Below, piece by piece: positions 1 through 11,254 of a DNA stretch of 64,000 bases. The position numbers and the translations under genes are program-made. The DNA comes from Candidatus Bathyarchaeota archaeon (GTDB lineage: Archaea > Thermoproteota > Bathyarchaeia > Bathyarchaeales > Bathycorpusculaceae), in NCBI GenBank assembly GCA_963717465.1, contig OY970340.1, forward strand, positions 1,088,001 through 1,152,000. The letters run 5' to 3'. The first letter of the stretch is position 1. Every line of letters starts with the position of its first letter. Below the pieces are notes generated by a model, which saw only the letters and a list, made by a program, of their open reading frames with translations, was not told where the DNA came from and did no database searches.

Positions 1-1
1 A

Positions 2-844
2 AAAGTTGTTTTTAAGGACAAATGCTTGCTGGTTGAAAACTTCATGGATATTTCTGAACGTAGGAAAATGGAGCAGAGGCTTGTTAAAGCAGAAAGGTTG
101 GTGTCCATTGGAGAATTAGCGAGACAGATTGGTCACGATCTTAGAAATCCATTGACTGGAATCAAATCTGGAGTCTACTTAATAAGAAAGAAATGGGATG
201 GCATGACCGAACTTGAAAAGGAGCGTATTCTACTTAGAATAGACAATGCTATAGATGACTCAAATAGAATAATCAATGGGCTCGTAGATTATTCGAGTGA
301 TTTACATTTACAAATTAATTCTTGCACTCCCAAGTCACTTCTAACGAAAACTTTTGGCAAAATGCACGTGCCTGATCGAATCAAAATAATAGATCACACT
401 TTAGATGAACCTCAACTTATTGTAGATTCTGAAAAAATTCAGAGGGCATTTGTAAACATCATCAGTAATTCTATTGAAGCTATTCCAACCACTGGAACTA
501 TAGAGGTCAAAAGTAGCACTCAAGAACCAAATGTCCTAATTCAATTTCATGATTCAGGCATAGGCATACCTAGAAGAGTTTTGGAAAGAATGTTTTCTCC
601 TCTAAACACTACTAAAGCTAAAGGGATGGGTCTTAGTTTAGCCATATGTAAACGAATCGTAGAAGCTCACAATGGAAAGATAACAATAGATAGCGTCGAG
701 GGTAAGGGCACTACAGTCTCACTGTTATTACCCATAAAAGGCAAGCCAGCAGAAAATGATGGCGATGATACAATGTTCGTAAACATAAAGAATGATAAAT
801 TAGTAGTAAATAAGCCTGCATCAAAGGAAAAGAATGATTCATAG
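2..844 (+). CDS. PAS-domain sensor histidine kinase, C-terminal part (5'-truncated by window edge)
   Basis: H-box GHDLRNPL, N-box NSIEA, G1 DSGIGI, G2 KGMGLSL; frame is open from position 2. Confidence 0.9.
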   Translation, partial: KVVFKDKCLLVENFMDISERRKMEQRLVKAERLVSIGELARQIGHDLRNPLTGIKSGVYLIRKKWDGMTELEKERILLRIDNAIDDSNRIINGLVDYSSDLHLQINSCTPKSLLTKTFGKMHVPDRIKIIDHTLDEPQLIVDSEKIQRAFVNIISNSIEAIPTTGTIEVKSSTQEPNVLIQFHDSGIGIPRRVLERMFSPLNTTKAKGMGLSLAICKRIVEAHNGKITIDSVEGKGTTVSLLLPIKGKPAENDGDDTMFVNIKNDKLVVNKPASKEKNDS

Positions 845-1383
845 GGTAATTTTGATTTTGAACTTGTGCATTGCTGCTAAAAAATAATGTTGTTTGAATA
901 AAAATAAACGATTGCATTTCCTGTCAGACGATTATACATGGACTACAAAATCCATGCATCCAAGCGGTTCAATTGTCAGTATTCCCTGTTTATTTACCAC
1001 AGTTTTGAAGCTGCCCTTGCAAGAGGGACAAATTACTATTTCATTTTCAGTTTCCGCGTCTGATAGAAACCAAACTAAGCACGATTTACAAATGTATTTT
1101 TTCATCTTTATCCCTATACATCAAAAAAAGGCCTTCCAGGGATATAGAAATTCTCACAATAATCTATAAAGAAGTAATTATCTATATATTTCAGTCGCGC
1201 TCCAGAATTTTGAACCTTAGTATTAATCTTTTATGTTAAAAGGACCGGTTGTCAGCTTGCTTCACCTTTGTAAAGCAAAGCTGTGTTACCATATTAGCTG
1301 ATCCTTGAGTAGTCCATGAATTCAAAAGGTTTTATTAGAGAAAGTTTATTATATAATTCATAAATGCCCAGAAAGTTTTCAAT

Positions 1384-2523
1384 ATGGAAGACTTGGAAAT
1401 ATTTGACGTTGCGATAGTAGGTGGCGGACCAGCAGGCGCATATTGTGCCTATCACTTAGCGAAAAACGGGATTAACTCAGTTATTTTTGATCCTTCTCAT
1501 CCGCGAGAAAAACCTTGTGGAGGCGGTTTGTCACCTGAAGTGTTGGATAGATACCCATTTATTCGCAATTTATCTTCAAAGCGATCTTCTGCAAGGTTAA
1601 CGATGATAGCGCCTTCAGGTGAAGAAGCAATTGTAGAAGGCAAAAGGGCATGTTCTTATGTTTCAAGATTAGAACTAGATAAACATATTTTGGATATGTC
1701 AGTTGATGCGGGTTCGATGTTATTTGCGGAAAGAGTAACTCAATTGGCAAAAGAGAAATTATGGGTTCTGTCTACAGCTAAGAGGAAAATAAAATCAAGA
1801 ATCGTCATTGGTGCAGATGGTGTCCACAGTCTTGTACGTAAGAAAATTTTGGGTCCTATACCTAAAGAGAATTTGGCAATAGCGATTGGATATATTGCAA
1901 AAGGCAAAGAAGTTGAAAGCGTGGTTATGAAGTATCTCAAGGATTTCTTTGGTTACATTTGGATATTTCCTAGAAAAGACCATTCCTCAATAGGTCTAGG
2001 CAGCCAACTAGAATATTCTAAATACCTTAAAAGAACACTTGATCAATTCATCAACTCATACTGTCCCCATATCAAAAAATTATCACCTTATGCCGCGGTT
2101 CTTCCATCCATAAAGAACCCAAACTTCTACAGTCTTCCTTGCTCAGGAGAAGACTGGATTCTAACCGGAGATGCAGCAGGACATGTTGATCCAGTCACTG
2201 GAGAAGGCATTCAATATGCTATGAAAGACGGCGAGTTCGCATCTAGGGCAGTAATGAGCAGTGACTTGAAATCATTCGATAAATTGTGGTGGAGAGAATA
2301 CGGATACGACTTCAAAGAGGGCTGCAAACTGAGAAAAATATTTTATAACCCTTTCATAAAGGAGCTATTAATTAAGCAAGCATCAAAAAGTCGAACTTCT
2401 TCTCGCCTTTTATACAACATCGCATCAAGTGAACAAGATTATACAACTTATTTGTCTAAAAATGCAGTTAACTTACCAGGAATCATACTAGAAAGCATTC
2501 TCGGTTTTAAGGTGAAGCCATAA
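1384..2523 (+). CDS. Geranylgeranyl reductase-family FAD-dependent oxidoreductase
   Basis: VGGGPAG Rossmann motif, EKPCGGG, GADG, GDAAG..P.TGEGI. Confidence 0.88.
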   Translation: MEDLEIFDVAIVGGGPAGAYCAYHLAKNGINSVIFDPSHPREKPCGGGLSPEVLDRYPFIRNLSSKRSSARLTMIAPSGEEAIVEGKRACSYVSRLELDKHILDMSVDAGSMLFAERVTQLAKEKLWVLSTAKRKIKSRIVIGADGVHSLVRKKILGPIPKENLAIAIGYIAKGKEVESVVMKYLKDFFGYIWIFPRKDHSSIGLGSQLEYSKYLKRTLDQFINSYCPHIKKLSPYAAVLPSIKNPNFYSLPCSGEDWILTGDAAGHVDPVTGEGIQYAMKDGEFASRAVMSSDLKSFDKLWWREYGYDFKEGCKLRKIFYNPFIKELLIKQASKSRTSSRLLYNIASSEQDYTTYLSKNAVNLPGIILESILGFKVKP

Positions 2524-2555
2524 GACTCCCAGCAAACCTTTTAGCAAGCCTTTTA

Positions 2556-3230
2556 TTGAGACGTACTGAAGTAGTAGCCAGCGAGGACTTTTTGGTGGAA
2601 AGCATCGACCTTGTTGCTGCGTTAGCAGATTTGAAAGAGCAAGATGCGCTAAAGATTGTTGATGAAAGACTGAATAGCGGTGGAGATCCTTTCAAAATCT
2701 TGGAAGATATCCATAGTGCCATGGAAATCGTTGGCAAACGCTTTGCAAGCAATGAATACTTCATAGCCGACCTGCTATACGCTGCTGAAATATTGGGAGT
2801 TGTCACTGAGAAGGTAAAGCCTAAGCTGGCGAAAACAAAGGAAGCTAAGCCTTTAGGAAAGGTCATAATCGGCAGCGTGGCTGGAGACATCCATGATATC
2901 GGTAAAAACATCGTAGTCTTTATGCTTGAGGCTAATGGCTTCGAAGTCTACGACTTAGGCGTAGATGTTTCACCAGAGAAATTTGTAAATAAGATTTTGG
3001 AGACGGGGTCCCATATCGTAGGTTTAAGCGGATTTCTAACCTTGGTCTTTGAATCGATGAAAAACACTGTGGAAGCAATAGAAAAAGCTGGCTTAAGGGA
3101 GAAGGTTAAAATTATGATAGGCGGAGGCCCAATAAATGAAGAGGTAAGAAGGCATACAGGTGCCGATGCCTACGGCAACGATGCTGTAGCCGCTGTGGCG
3201 CTTTCTAAAAAATGGGTTGCAGCTACATAA
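2556..3230 (+). CDS. Corrinoid (B12-binding) methyltransferase protein, MtaC/MtbC-like; true start probably near 2592-2595
   Basis: GDIHDIGKNIV B12-binding motif, SG.L, MIGG. Confidence 0.92.
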   Translation: MRRTEVVASEDFLVESIDLVAALADLKEQDALKIVDERLNSGGDPFKILEDIHSAMEIVGKRFASNEYFIADLLYAAEILGVVTEKVKPKLAKTKEAKPLGKVIIGSVAGDIHDIGKNIVVFMLEANGFEVYDLGVDVSPEKFVNKILETGSHIVGLSGFLTLVFESMKNTVEAIEKAGLREKVKIMIGGGPINEEVRRHTGADAYGNDAVAAVALSKKWVAAT

Positions 3231-3244
3231 GGAGGAAATGGCAT

Positions 3245-4561
3245 ATGGAAGAAAAGCAAGAAGAATTATTCAATCGTTGGCTTTCACCGCAAGTCGAATT
3301 TGTAGATGAAAGAGCCGAGATGGCTTATAAAGCAAGAGTAGCCAGATTAAAAGACGCTATTCAGCAAAAGAAGACGCCTGATAGGGTGCCTGTTTTTGCA
3401 ATTTTAGGGTTTTTTCCAGCCTACTATGCTGGGCTAACGCCGTATGATTTAATGTATGATTATAGCAAACTCGAAATGGCATACGGAAAATATGTTTCGA
3501 ACTTTGAACCTGACGCGCATACTGGCACCATCGCAGCAGGTCCTGGTAAATTCTTTGAAATTCTCGACTACAAACTTTATGCCTGGCCTGGTCATGGCGT
3601 GGCAACTCAACATTCTTACCAGTGTCTCGAAAAAGAATACATGAAAGCCGACGAATATGACGCCCTAATTCGGGACCCAACTTACTTCTTCTTGTCTACT
3701 TACTTTCCACGAATATTCGCCACCTTAGAACCACTCAAGGATCTATCACCATTCACTAACGTACTTGAAATGTACGGAGGATTCACACCTGCCAGTTTCG
3801 TACCATTCGGCAAAACAGGCATCCAAACTGCTCTCAAATCATTGATTGAGGCTGGAAACGAATCTCTAAAGTGGATTCAATACGTAGCGGCAGCAGACAG
3901 GAAAATTGCTGCTGATGGATTCCCAGACATCTTTGGTGGAGGAACTAAGGCGCCTTTTGACACGATAGGAGATACCCTTCGGGGAACTAAGGGCATAATG
4001 CTGGACATGTATAGGCAACGTTACAAGCTTCTCCAAGCTATGGAGACCTTTACTCCCCTGATGATTAAAATGGGAGCATCTAAGGCAAAGGCAAACGGGA
4101 ACCCGATAGTATTCATGCCGCTGCATAAAGGCGCTGACGGTTTTATGTCAGGCAAACAATTCGAAGAATTTTATTGGCCCACTCTTAAGAAAGTTATTTT
4201 GGGTTTAATCAACGAAGGATGTGTACCATTTCTATACGCCGAAGGAAGCTACAATTCACGTCTAGAACTGATAAAAAATGATCTGCCAAAAGGCAAAACG
4301 CTATGGGGCTTTGACCAAACAGATATGGCTAAAGCAAAGGAAATTATCGGCGATTCTGCATGCATCTGCGGCAATATTCCAACGTCACTCCTCACTATGG
4401 GAACTCCGCAGGACGTAAAAGATTACGCAAAAAAACTCATCGAGACATGTAGCGGAGGGGGCGGCTTCATACTGATGAATGGAGCAGTCCTCGACGAAGC
4501 GAAACCTGAAAATGTCAAGGCGATGATTGAGGCTACAAAAGAATTAGGCGCATACAAATAA
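3245..4561 (+). CDS. Uroporphyrinogen decarboxylase-family (MtaA/CmuA-like) methyltransferase
   Basis: PDRVP N-terminus, PLHKG..GFMS, YWP.LKK, CICGNIP, GGGFIL; GGAGG upstream of ATG 3245; directly follows corrinoid gene. Confidence 0.85.
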   Translation: MEEKQEELFNRWLSPQVEFVDERAEMAYKARVARLKDAIQQKKTPDRVPVFAILGFFPAYYAGLTPYDLMYDYSKLEMAYGKYVSNFEPDAHTGTIAAGPGKFFEILDYKLYAWPGHGVATQHSYQCLEKEYMKADEYDALIRDPTYFFLSTYFPRIFATLEPLKDLSPFTNVLEMYGGFTPASFVPFGKTGIQTALKSLIEAGNESLKWIQYVAAADRKIAADGFPDIFGGGTKAPFDTIGDTLRGTKGIMLDMYRQRYKLLQAMETFTPLMIKMGASKAKANGNPIVFMPLHKGADGFMSGKQFEEFYWPTLKKVILGLINEGCVPFLYAEGSYNSRLELIKNDLPKGKTLWGFDQTDMAKAKEIIGDSACICGNIPTSLLTMGTPQDVKDYAKKLIETCSGGGGFILMNGAVLDEAKPENVKAMIEATKELGAYK

Positions 4562-4610
4562 CAGCCCCTAACCCAGGCATTCGCTTATTCATCTATCGCT
4601 TCTTCAATTT

Positions 4611-4650
4611 TAAATCGATGGCGAAGTGGACTGTGAAGATTCGAACCCCC
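4611..4650 (+). repeat. tRNA-T-arm-core repeat, partial copy (left arm plus core)
   Basis: AAATCGATGGCGAAGTGGACTGTGAAGATTCGAACCCC. Confidence 0.55.
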
Positions 4651-4795
4651 TCTTTCAAGGATATTTAATCAATAACATTTCTTTCTCTTCTCAGGCTCAT
4701 TTTGCCTCTTTCTGAAATCTGATTATGAATTCTGAATAAACAAAGCTTAACTCTCTTCTGCGCAGAAGCTAACTCGGAAAAAAGGCGAGCTTTAC

Positions 4796-5602
4796 ATGCA
4801 GAAAGAGTCTATTTTCGATTCTAAGCCGCTAATTGAGACGCATGAACTTACAAAGAATTTTGGATCTGTTCAGGCTTTGGTCGATTTGAATTTGCGTATT
4901 ATGCCTGGAGAAATTTACGGGTTGCTTGGTCCGAATGGCGCTGGTAAAACCACGACTATTAAGACCGTCTTGGGTTTGCTGGAGCCCACGTCAGGATGGA
5001 TAAAGGTTGCTGGATATGACCCAATTAAGGATTCTTTGGAGGCTAAGTCGAAAATCGGTTATGTATCCGAGAATCCGATAGTTTACGATTCGCTTTCTCC
5101 CCGAGATTTCTTGCAGTTTGTCACGTCAATCAGGAAGCTTGATCAACGAGATACGAATGAGATGATTACTTATTTGGCTAATGCTTTTGGTATGTCGCAG
5201 TATTTTGATTCGCCCATAGCAACGTTATCGTTGGGGATGAAGCAAAAGGTTGCTTTGATAGCTTCACTTATTCATCGTCCAAGCGTTTTGCTGCTCGATG
5301 AACCGCTTAATTGCCTTGACGCAAAAAGCAGTCGCATCGTCAAGGATTTGGTTTCATTTCATGCTCAAAAAAATGGTGCTGTGCTGTTCTCCACGCACGT
5401 TTTGGAGGTTGCCGAGAAAATCTGCACGAGAATCGGTATAATAGATCAAGGCAAAGTTATAGCTGAGGGAACGCTGGATGAGCTGAAAAGTATGACTGGA
5501 GGGGTTGCTAAGACGCTTGAAGAGGTCTTTCTAAAGTTGACTCATGAAGACTTTGAAATCGCTGACACCAAGCGGATGCTGACGGAGGCATTCTTCAAGT
5601 AA
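4796..5602 (+). CDS. ABC transporter ATP-binding protein
   Basis: Walker A GPNGAGKT, LSLGMKQK signature, LLLDEP, H-loop STH. Confidence 0.93.
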   Translation: MQKESIFDSKPLIETHELTKNFGSVQALVDLNLRIMPGEIYGLLGPNGAGKTTTIKTVLGLLEPTSGWIKVAGYDPIKDSLEAKSKIGYVSENPIVYDSLSPRDFLQFVTSIRKLDQRDTNEMITYLANAFGMSQYFDSPIATLSLGMKQKVALIASLIHRPSVLLLDEPLNCLDAKSSRIVKDLVSFHAQKNGAVLFSTHVLEVAEKICTRIGIIDQGKVIAEGTLDELKSMTGGVAKTLEEVFLKLTHEDFEIADTKRMLTEAFFK

Positions 5603-7224
5603 TGAAGTTGGCTGAAGCTTGGCGATTGAGCCAGTTGCCTTACCGGGAAGAGGTCTATCAGTCTTTGGCTGAAGAGAAAGGGCGAATGTGGTGGGGCGCT
5701 TTCGGTCGGCATCAATCAGGCATGGAAAACCAAAACGACTTTGAATTAGCCACCAGAGTTCTTAGAATCGCAAAATTTGACAAAATCCTAGTTTCAGTTT
5801 TTAACGTGATGGTTGCAGCTTTGCCTTTTGTGATGTTACTGTTTGGGACACAAGTTTTCGGTTTAGCTGATTCGGTCGCGTTGAGTTTGGCAGTTACCTT
5901 GGGCTTCACTGCCCTGTATGCAATCCAAACTCTTTCATCGTTTGTAAGCGCTGACTCTTCAGTTTTATTGTTAATTTTACCCTTAGCGCGCAATGATTTT
6001 TCTCTGATATCGATTTTCTCTTTCATCCGATCGGTTGATTATATGGTCGTAGGCTCAGTGGCTAGTCAAGTTGTACTAGTTGCCCTCGTGACTCATTCTC
6101 CTCTTGCAGCCTTAATTATGCTTGTGACTGCAGTGATGAATCAAGTGTTTGCAGTTACGATTGCACTTTGGTTTTCAACAGTTTTCCAAAGAAACCTGAT
6201 GCGTGGCAGGAGATCAAAGGTTGATACATTTTTGCGTTTAATTTTCATTTTAATGTGGGGTTTATTGCTTGTTGGTGTAGGCTTCATGTTTGTCGTACCC
6301 TTGTATACTATGCCAGGTCAAGGCAGTCTACTGTTAGGGTTTGGCAATGTTTCAAGCGTGCTATTTGCTCTTTTGTATCCTTTCTCTACTGGCAATCTTA
6401 TAGCAGGGATAACTTTTTCCAATGTTGCAACCTTAACTATGTTAGTGTCATCCTTAACCTTGACAGGATATGCAGTGCTGACACTTGTTGCGGGAAAATG
6501 GACATTTGAAACTGTTAAACGAATATCTTTAGGCGCTGGGAAAAAAAATATCCGAGTGGCTGCAAAAGATTTTTCAGTTAAAATCCACAGCCCACTGTTT
6601 GGCTACGTCCTTAAGGACTTAAAAGTTGCCTCCAAAAATCCAGCAACCGCCTTATTCTTCGCCCTTCCGGCTTTGGAAACAGTTATGACTATTCTGCTTG
6701 TTTCGAATCTATCTACACTAAGAACTGTGTTTCTGCTTGACGCCACATTAATGGGTGCAATCTTTGCCTTACTCATACCCCTTGCATTACTAACTGCAGA
6801 AGGAAGGGGCTTTGAATATTCAAAGACCTTGCCAATCAGTTCCCGAAGAATAGTTGTCTCCAAAACTCTTGTGTCCACTGCAACGTACATTCTTGTGCCG
6901 ATAGCTTTGATCGGTTTATCCATCGTCAAACCTTTAACTTCGCCTTCCATCATTCTCATTCCATTGCTAACCACATTATCAGTTGCATCTGCAAGCATTT
7001 TTGAAATTATACTCTTCTTAAGATCGGCTGCAAAAAACAAAATCAACGCAATTGTAAACGACTTGGAAAAACTAATTGTCGGAGGTCTCGTCATACTTTT
7101 CCCGTTGGTGATGTATTCAATTGTTTTTCTTCTATCCTTCAACCATATCTTATCTATCTTAGTTATGGGACTTGTTGCCCTTTCTGAATTGACAGGGGCT
7201 ATGTATTTGCTCAGGCGCTCTTGA
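5602..7224 (+). CDS. ABC-2-type permease (multi-pass membrane protein)
   Basis: Many hydrophobic helices; TAATG stop/start overlap with the ATPase gene. Confidence 0.75.
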   Translation: MKLAEAWRLSQLPYREEVYQSLAEEKGRMWWGAFGRHQSGMENQNDFELATRVLRIAKFDKILVSVFNVMVAALPFVMLLFGTQVFGLADSVALSLAVTLGFTALYAIQTLSSFVSADSSVLLLILPLARNDFSLISIFSFIRSVDYMVVGSVASQVVLVALVTHSPLAALIMLVTAVMNQVFAVTIALWFSTVFQRNLMRGRRSKVDTFLRLIFILMWGLLLVGVGFMFVVPLYTMPGQGSLLLGFGNVSSVLFALLYPFSTGNLIAGITFSNVATLTMLVSSLTLTGYAVLTLVAGKWTFETVKRISLGAGKKNIRVAAKDFSVKIHSPLFGYVLKDLKVASKNPATALFFALPALETVMTILLVSNLSTLRTVFLLDATLMGAIFALLIPLALLTAEGRGFEYSKTLPISSRRIVVSKTLVSTATYILVPIALIGLSIVKPLTSPSIILIPLLTTLSVASASIFEIILFLRSAAKNKINAIVNDLEKLIVGGLVILFPLVMYSIVFLLSFNHILSILVMGLVALSELTGAMYLLRRS

Positions 7225-7391
7225 AATCGAATTCCGTAAATGATAATTAACACTATGCAGCCTGCTTTTTTTTGAGCGATTTAAAATCTGTATTCTGTTT
7301 TCACATTTTATATATTCAAATTTAAAAAATATTGGGCGTAGATGTTCAAATCTTTAAGCTTGTGGAGTTTAGCTAAGACCTAAATTACTGG

Positions 7392-9164
7392 ATGGAGGAA
7401 AAACGTTTACTTAGTATCTTTGGCATCCTTGGCTTCTCTGCCAGCGTCATATGTGTCTGCTTAGGCGCAATTGTTTTTTTCCTTAATCGGAAGTCTTCTC
7501 TGAACTTTCTTTTTGCTTTAGCAGCTCTTTTTGCTTCTTATTGGACGTTTACTGAAGCGATGACGGTACAAGCAAGCAATGCTGCGAATGCTGTTTGGTG
7601 GGATAAGGCAAATTGTTTGTGGCCGTTTTTTATCGTCCTTGCAGTTCATTTTTTAATGGTTTTTACTAATACCAAGTTGGCTAAGCCTAAATTATTTTAT
7701 TCAGCTCTTTACTTGCCTGCGATATGTATTTCCTTAATCGGTTTAATAATTGATCCAATTTATTCAGTTGCCGTTGAAACGTATTGGGGATACATTGTTA
7801 CTTACACTGACACATGGTCTACTGTCTTATGTACAGTTTGGGCGACAGGGTTGGCTCTTTTTGGAATTTTTTTGATTATAAAATATTATCTTAAGGTGGC
7901 AGATGAAACAAAAAAGTTACAGGCTAAATACGTTACAGTAGGGTTCTGTGTGCCTGCCTTTACCTACATGATAACAAATATATTTTTTCCAGCATTTGGA
8001 ATAGCGACTCCAGATTTGGTTGGTATTTCCACCGGTATTTTGGGTTGCTTGGTTGCCTACGCAATTTGGAAATACGAGTTATTCAACTTGAACCCAGTTT
8101 TAGTCGCGGAAAATATTATTTCTACCATGCCTGATTCCTTAATTCTTGCTGATTCTCAGAATCGAATTCTTAGAGTAAACAAAGCAATCTTTAATTCTTT
8201 AGGCTATGCCGAATCAGAGCTTGTCGGTAAATCAGTCTCTGACTTGTTTTTAGACAAAAAGCAAGGCTCGCAGGTCATAGAGCAATTGTTCAGCAAACGT
8301 GAAATTAACAGTTTAGAAACAAAAATTAAAACCAAATCCGGTGAAGAAAAAACAGTTTTATTTTCAGGATCTGTGGTCAAGAATAAGAGAGGTCAAGACA
8401 TTGGAATAACCTGCATTATTCATGACATAACTGATCGTAAATTGATGGAAGAAAAACTTGTCAAAGCGGAGCGGTTTGCCTCTATCGGCGAGTTGGCAGG
8501 CATGATTGGACATGATTTGCGCAACCCGTTAACAAGTATCCGTGCCGCAACTTATTACTTAAAGAACAAGTATCCTACCAAGATGACTGATACTGAAAAA
8601 GAAATGTTTCGCGCACTTGAGAGTGCCATTGCGTATTCGGATAAAATTATTGTTGATTTATTGGATTACTCAAGAAATATAGTACTGGAATTAAAACTTG
8701 TTAATCTGGAAATGTTGATATCAAATGTGTTTAAAAACATTCAGACACCGCAGAACATAGAGGTCAAGAATTTAATTGAAAAGACTCTGGAAGTAAATGT
8801 TGATGTAGTTAAAATGAATCGCGTTTTTGAAAATATTATTAAGAATGCTTTTGACGCTATGCCAAAAGGTGGGACCCTGACAATTTCAAGCCAAATAATC
8901 GACGAAAATTTGAGCTTGCAATTCAGTGATTCAGGTGAAGGCATGTCGGAGGATACTTTACATAAGATATGGGTTCCACTGTTTACTACCAAAGCTAAGG
9001 GGATAGGGTTTGGTTTATCCATTTGCAAGCGTATTGTTGAGGCTCATGGAGGTAGAATCTTTGCTGAAAGTACAATTGGGAAAGGAACAACAATCACAGT
9101 TGCGCTTCCCTCAAGTGCTCAACCATTCACAGAGAAAGAAAAACTTATGTTGACTGAATCTTAA
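7392..9164 (+). CDS. Membrane (7TM-type) PAS sensor histidine kinase
   Basis: N-terminal TM helices, PAS domain (MPDS...DITDRK), GHDLRNPL, DSGEG, KGIGFGL. Confidence 0.9.
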   Translation: MEEKRLLSIFGILGFSASVICVCLGAIVFFLNRKSSLNFLFALAALFASYWTFTEAMTVQASNAANAVWWDKANCLWPFFIVLAVHFLMVFTNTKLAKPKLFYSALYLPAICISLIGLIIDPIYSVAVETYWGYIVTYTDTWSTVLCTVWATGLALFGIFLIIKYYLKVADETKKLQAKYVTVGFCVPAFTYMITNIFFPAFGIATPDLVGISTGILGCLVAYAIWKYELFNLNPVLVAENIISTMPDSLILADSQNRILRVNKAIFNSLGYAESELVGKSVSDLFLDKKQGSQVIEQLFSKREINSLETKIKTKSGEEKTVLFSGSVVKNKRGQDIGITCIIHDITDRKLMEEKLVKAERFASIGELAGMIGHDLRNPLTSIRAATYYLKNKYPTKMTDTEKEMFRALESAIAYSDKIIVDLLDYSRNIVLELKLVNLEMLISNVFKNIQTPQNIEVKNLIEKTLEVNVDVVKMNRVFENIIKNAFDAMPKGGTLTISSQIIDENLSLQFSDSGEGMSEDTLHKIWVPLFTTKAKGIGFGLSICKRIVEAHGGRIFAESTIGKGTTITVALPSSAQPFTEKEKLMLTES

Positions 9165-9466
9165 TCATTTTTGCTTTGAAAAAAAGCAGTGATGATCTAT
9201 TCGGTTCAAAGGGCTCCAAAGAATAGCAGGGTCTTAGCGGCATCTTCTAATATTTGATGCCAAAAACATTATGCTTCATTATGCAACTTTACGGCTTAAT
9301 TATTTTCGCTTTTTAGTCGCTTCCATTGGGAAAAGGTTAAATTTTTGATTTATGATTGTGCACAACCGAAGTTAAATAGAAACAGGCTATTTCAATGTCT
9401 AAGTTAAAAAGAGAAAATCATAGTTCTCAAACATATCAATTCAAGAATAATTATACATTAACAAAC

Positions 9467-10204
9467 ATGCTTTCCAAGATCAGATTCATTTCAGTAATGC
9501 TTGTTTCTGCAATTATTTTTTCTTGCGTCAGTATTCCTTTTGTTTTTGCTGACACGTCTACTCCTGATTACGCGTTTAATGGTGCAAATTTGACGTATCA
9601 GATTTCTGGGACATACGTATTTTCATACATTGGCAATGTTTCCTATGTAGTTAGCAATGTGAACTCGACTGCACAAACATTTCTCGTCACAGTCAACTAC
9701 GGGGGCAACTTATCCGAAGTTTACAGTTCAGGTAGCAGTGTCGTTACATTTCAAGACCCTTCTCCCCTGCCTGCAGTCCCCCCGTCAGTTCTTCAAGAGT
9801 TACTTACAGGTCAAGGCAGTGGACCGTACGCTTATTACACGATAACTACTGGGGTTATAGTATCCGTACCTGCTGGTACATTCACTGCAGTTGAGTTGCA
9901 ATATGGCGACACTAGCATGTGGGTTGATCAGAATACTGGTATAATTCTAAAATATACTGGGTCATCTAGTAGTCTCTCGTCCGTAGATGAGGAGCTGCAA
10001 AGCACAAATATTGCAGGGGCCTCAGCTTTTCCAACAGTCTTGGTTGCAGTAATTATTGCAGTGGTAGTTGTCGCATGTGTAATTATTTTTTTGCTTTTTA
10101 GAAGAAGATCAAGACAGAAGCTAATTGACAGCAATCTAAATCAATCAACCAACCAATGTGCCATCTCCTCCGCCACTGCCTTAAACTACAAGCGTAATGC
10201 GTAA
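9467..10204 (+). CDS. Exported, C-terminally anchored surface protein, paralog 1 (tail apparently frameshifted near 10150; the paralog-like PSPPPLP tail ends at 10184)
   Basis: Signal peptide, S/T-rich body with VSVPAGTF motif, TM helix plus RRR; strongly similar to 10478..11209. Confidence 0.75.
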   Translation: MLSKIRFISVMLVSAIIFSCVSIPFVFADTSTPDYAFNGANLTYQISGTYVFSYIGNVSYVVSNVNSTAQTFLVTVNYGGNLSEVYSSGSSVVTFQDPSPLPAVPPSVLQELLTGQGSGPYAYYTITTGVIVSVPAGTFTAVELQYGDTSMWVDQNTGIILKYTGSSSSLSSVDEELQSTNIAGASAFPTVLVAVIIAVVVVACVIIFLLFRRRSRQKLIDSNLNQSTNQCAISSATALNYKRNA

Positions 10205-10226
10205 TGATATTGTGTGTACTGGACTT

Positions 10227-10269
10227 AGCAAAATTGATGTTGAAGTTGACCAAAGGGATTTGAACCCTT
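10227..10269 (+). repeat. tRNA-T-arm-core repeat, partial copy (left arm plus core)
   Basis: AGCAAAATTGATGTTGAAGTTGACCAAAGGGATTTGAACCCTT. Confidence 0.7.
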
Positions 10270-10477
10270 GCTAAATGCAACTATGCCGTTTTGTCATAGT
10301 CCTGTTCCCCAAAAGCTTCCTTTTTGAGAAAGGTTAAATTATGCTTGCTTGTTTTATCATTTTCCGCAGCCGAGTTAAATAAGGAATAGGTGAAAGGCTA
10401 TTTCAGTGTTTAATCTAAAAGAAATAGGCTTAAGTTTAGACAGAGATTGCTTCGAACATAATTATAAATTAACAAGT

Positions 10478-11209
10478 ATGTTTTCGAAAACTATATTCTT
10501 TTCAGTTATGCTTGTTTCTGCAATTATTTTTTCTTGTGTCAGTATTCCTTCTGTTTTTGCTGACACGTCTACTCCTGCTTACGCATTTAATGGTGCAAAT
10601 GTAACATATCAGATTTCTGAAACAACTGGTGGCTCAACGTATAGCGGCACTATTTCTTATACGGTTAGCAATGTTGACACGACAGCGCAGACTTTTACTG
10701 TAACTACAAGTTATACTGGAAATTTGGCAACACTTGAGGGTTCAGGAGGCAGTGTTTCTACTTCATTTGATAGCTCTGGATTTGCAGTATCCCCGTCTGA
10801 CCTTCAAGAGTTAAATAAAGGTCAAGCCACTGCTACATATGCTGATTATACTGTAACCGATGGAGTTTCAGTGACAGTACCCGCCGGCACATTTACCGCA
10901 GTAGAATTACAATCTAGCGATACTAGCATTTGGTTTGATCAGAACACGGGTATACTGCTAAAAATAACTGGTTCATACGGAGATCTTTCTTCAGCAAATG
11001 CACAACTTCAAAGCACAAATGTTCCAGGAACCTCAGCTTTTCCAACACTCTTAGTAGTAGTAATTATTGTTGCTGTCGCAGTTGTGTGCATAATCATTTT
11101 CCTAATGTTTAGAAGAAGAAAATCAAGACAAAAGCTGATAGATAGTAATTCAAATCAATCAACCAACCTTCCTCCTCCTCCGCCTCCTCCACCACCACCG
11201 CCGCCTTAA
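10478..11209 (+). CDS. Exported, C-terminally anchored surface protein, paralog 2, with poly-Pro tail
   Basis: Signal peptide, VTVPAGTF, TM helix plus RRRK, terminal poly-Pro run. Confidence 0.8.
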   Translation: MFSKTIFFSVMLVSAIIFSCVSIPSVFADTSTPAYAFNGANVTYQISETTGGSTYSGTISYTVSNVDTTAQTFTVTTSYTGNLATLEGSGGSVSTSFDSSGFAVSPSDLQELNKGQATATYADYTVTDGVSVTVPAGTFTAVELQSSDTSIWFDQNTGILLKITGSYGDLSSANAQLQSTNVPGTSAFPTLLVVVIIVAVAVVCIIIFLMFRRRKSRQKLIDSNSNQSTNLPPPPPPPPPPPP

Positions 11210-11254
11210 CCAATAAGCACAATGTGTAATGATATCGAATGTACATTGGGAATT

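Noticed and set aside
1194..1218. Additional copy of the tRNA-core repeat (also 9202 and 32311)
   Set aside because: Only a TTTGAA(CC)-like core matches and the arms are not recognisable; chance match is plausible.
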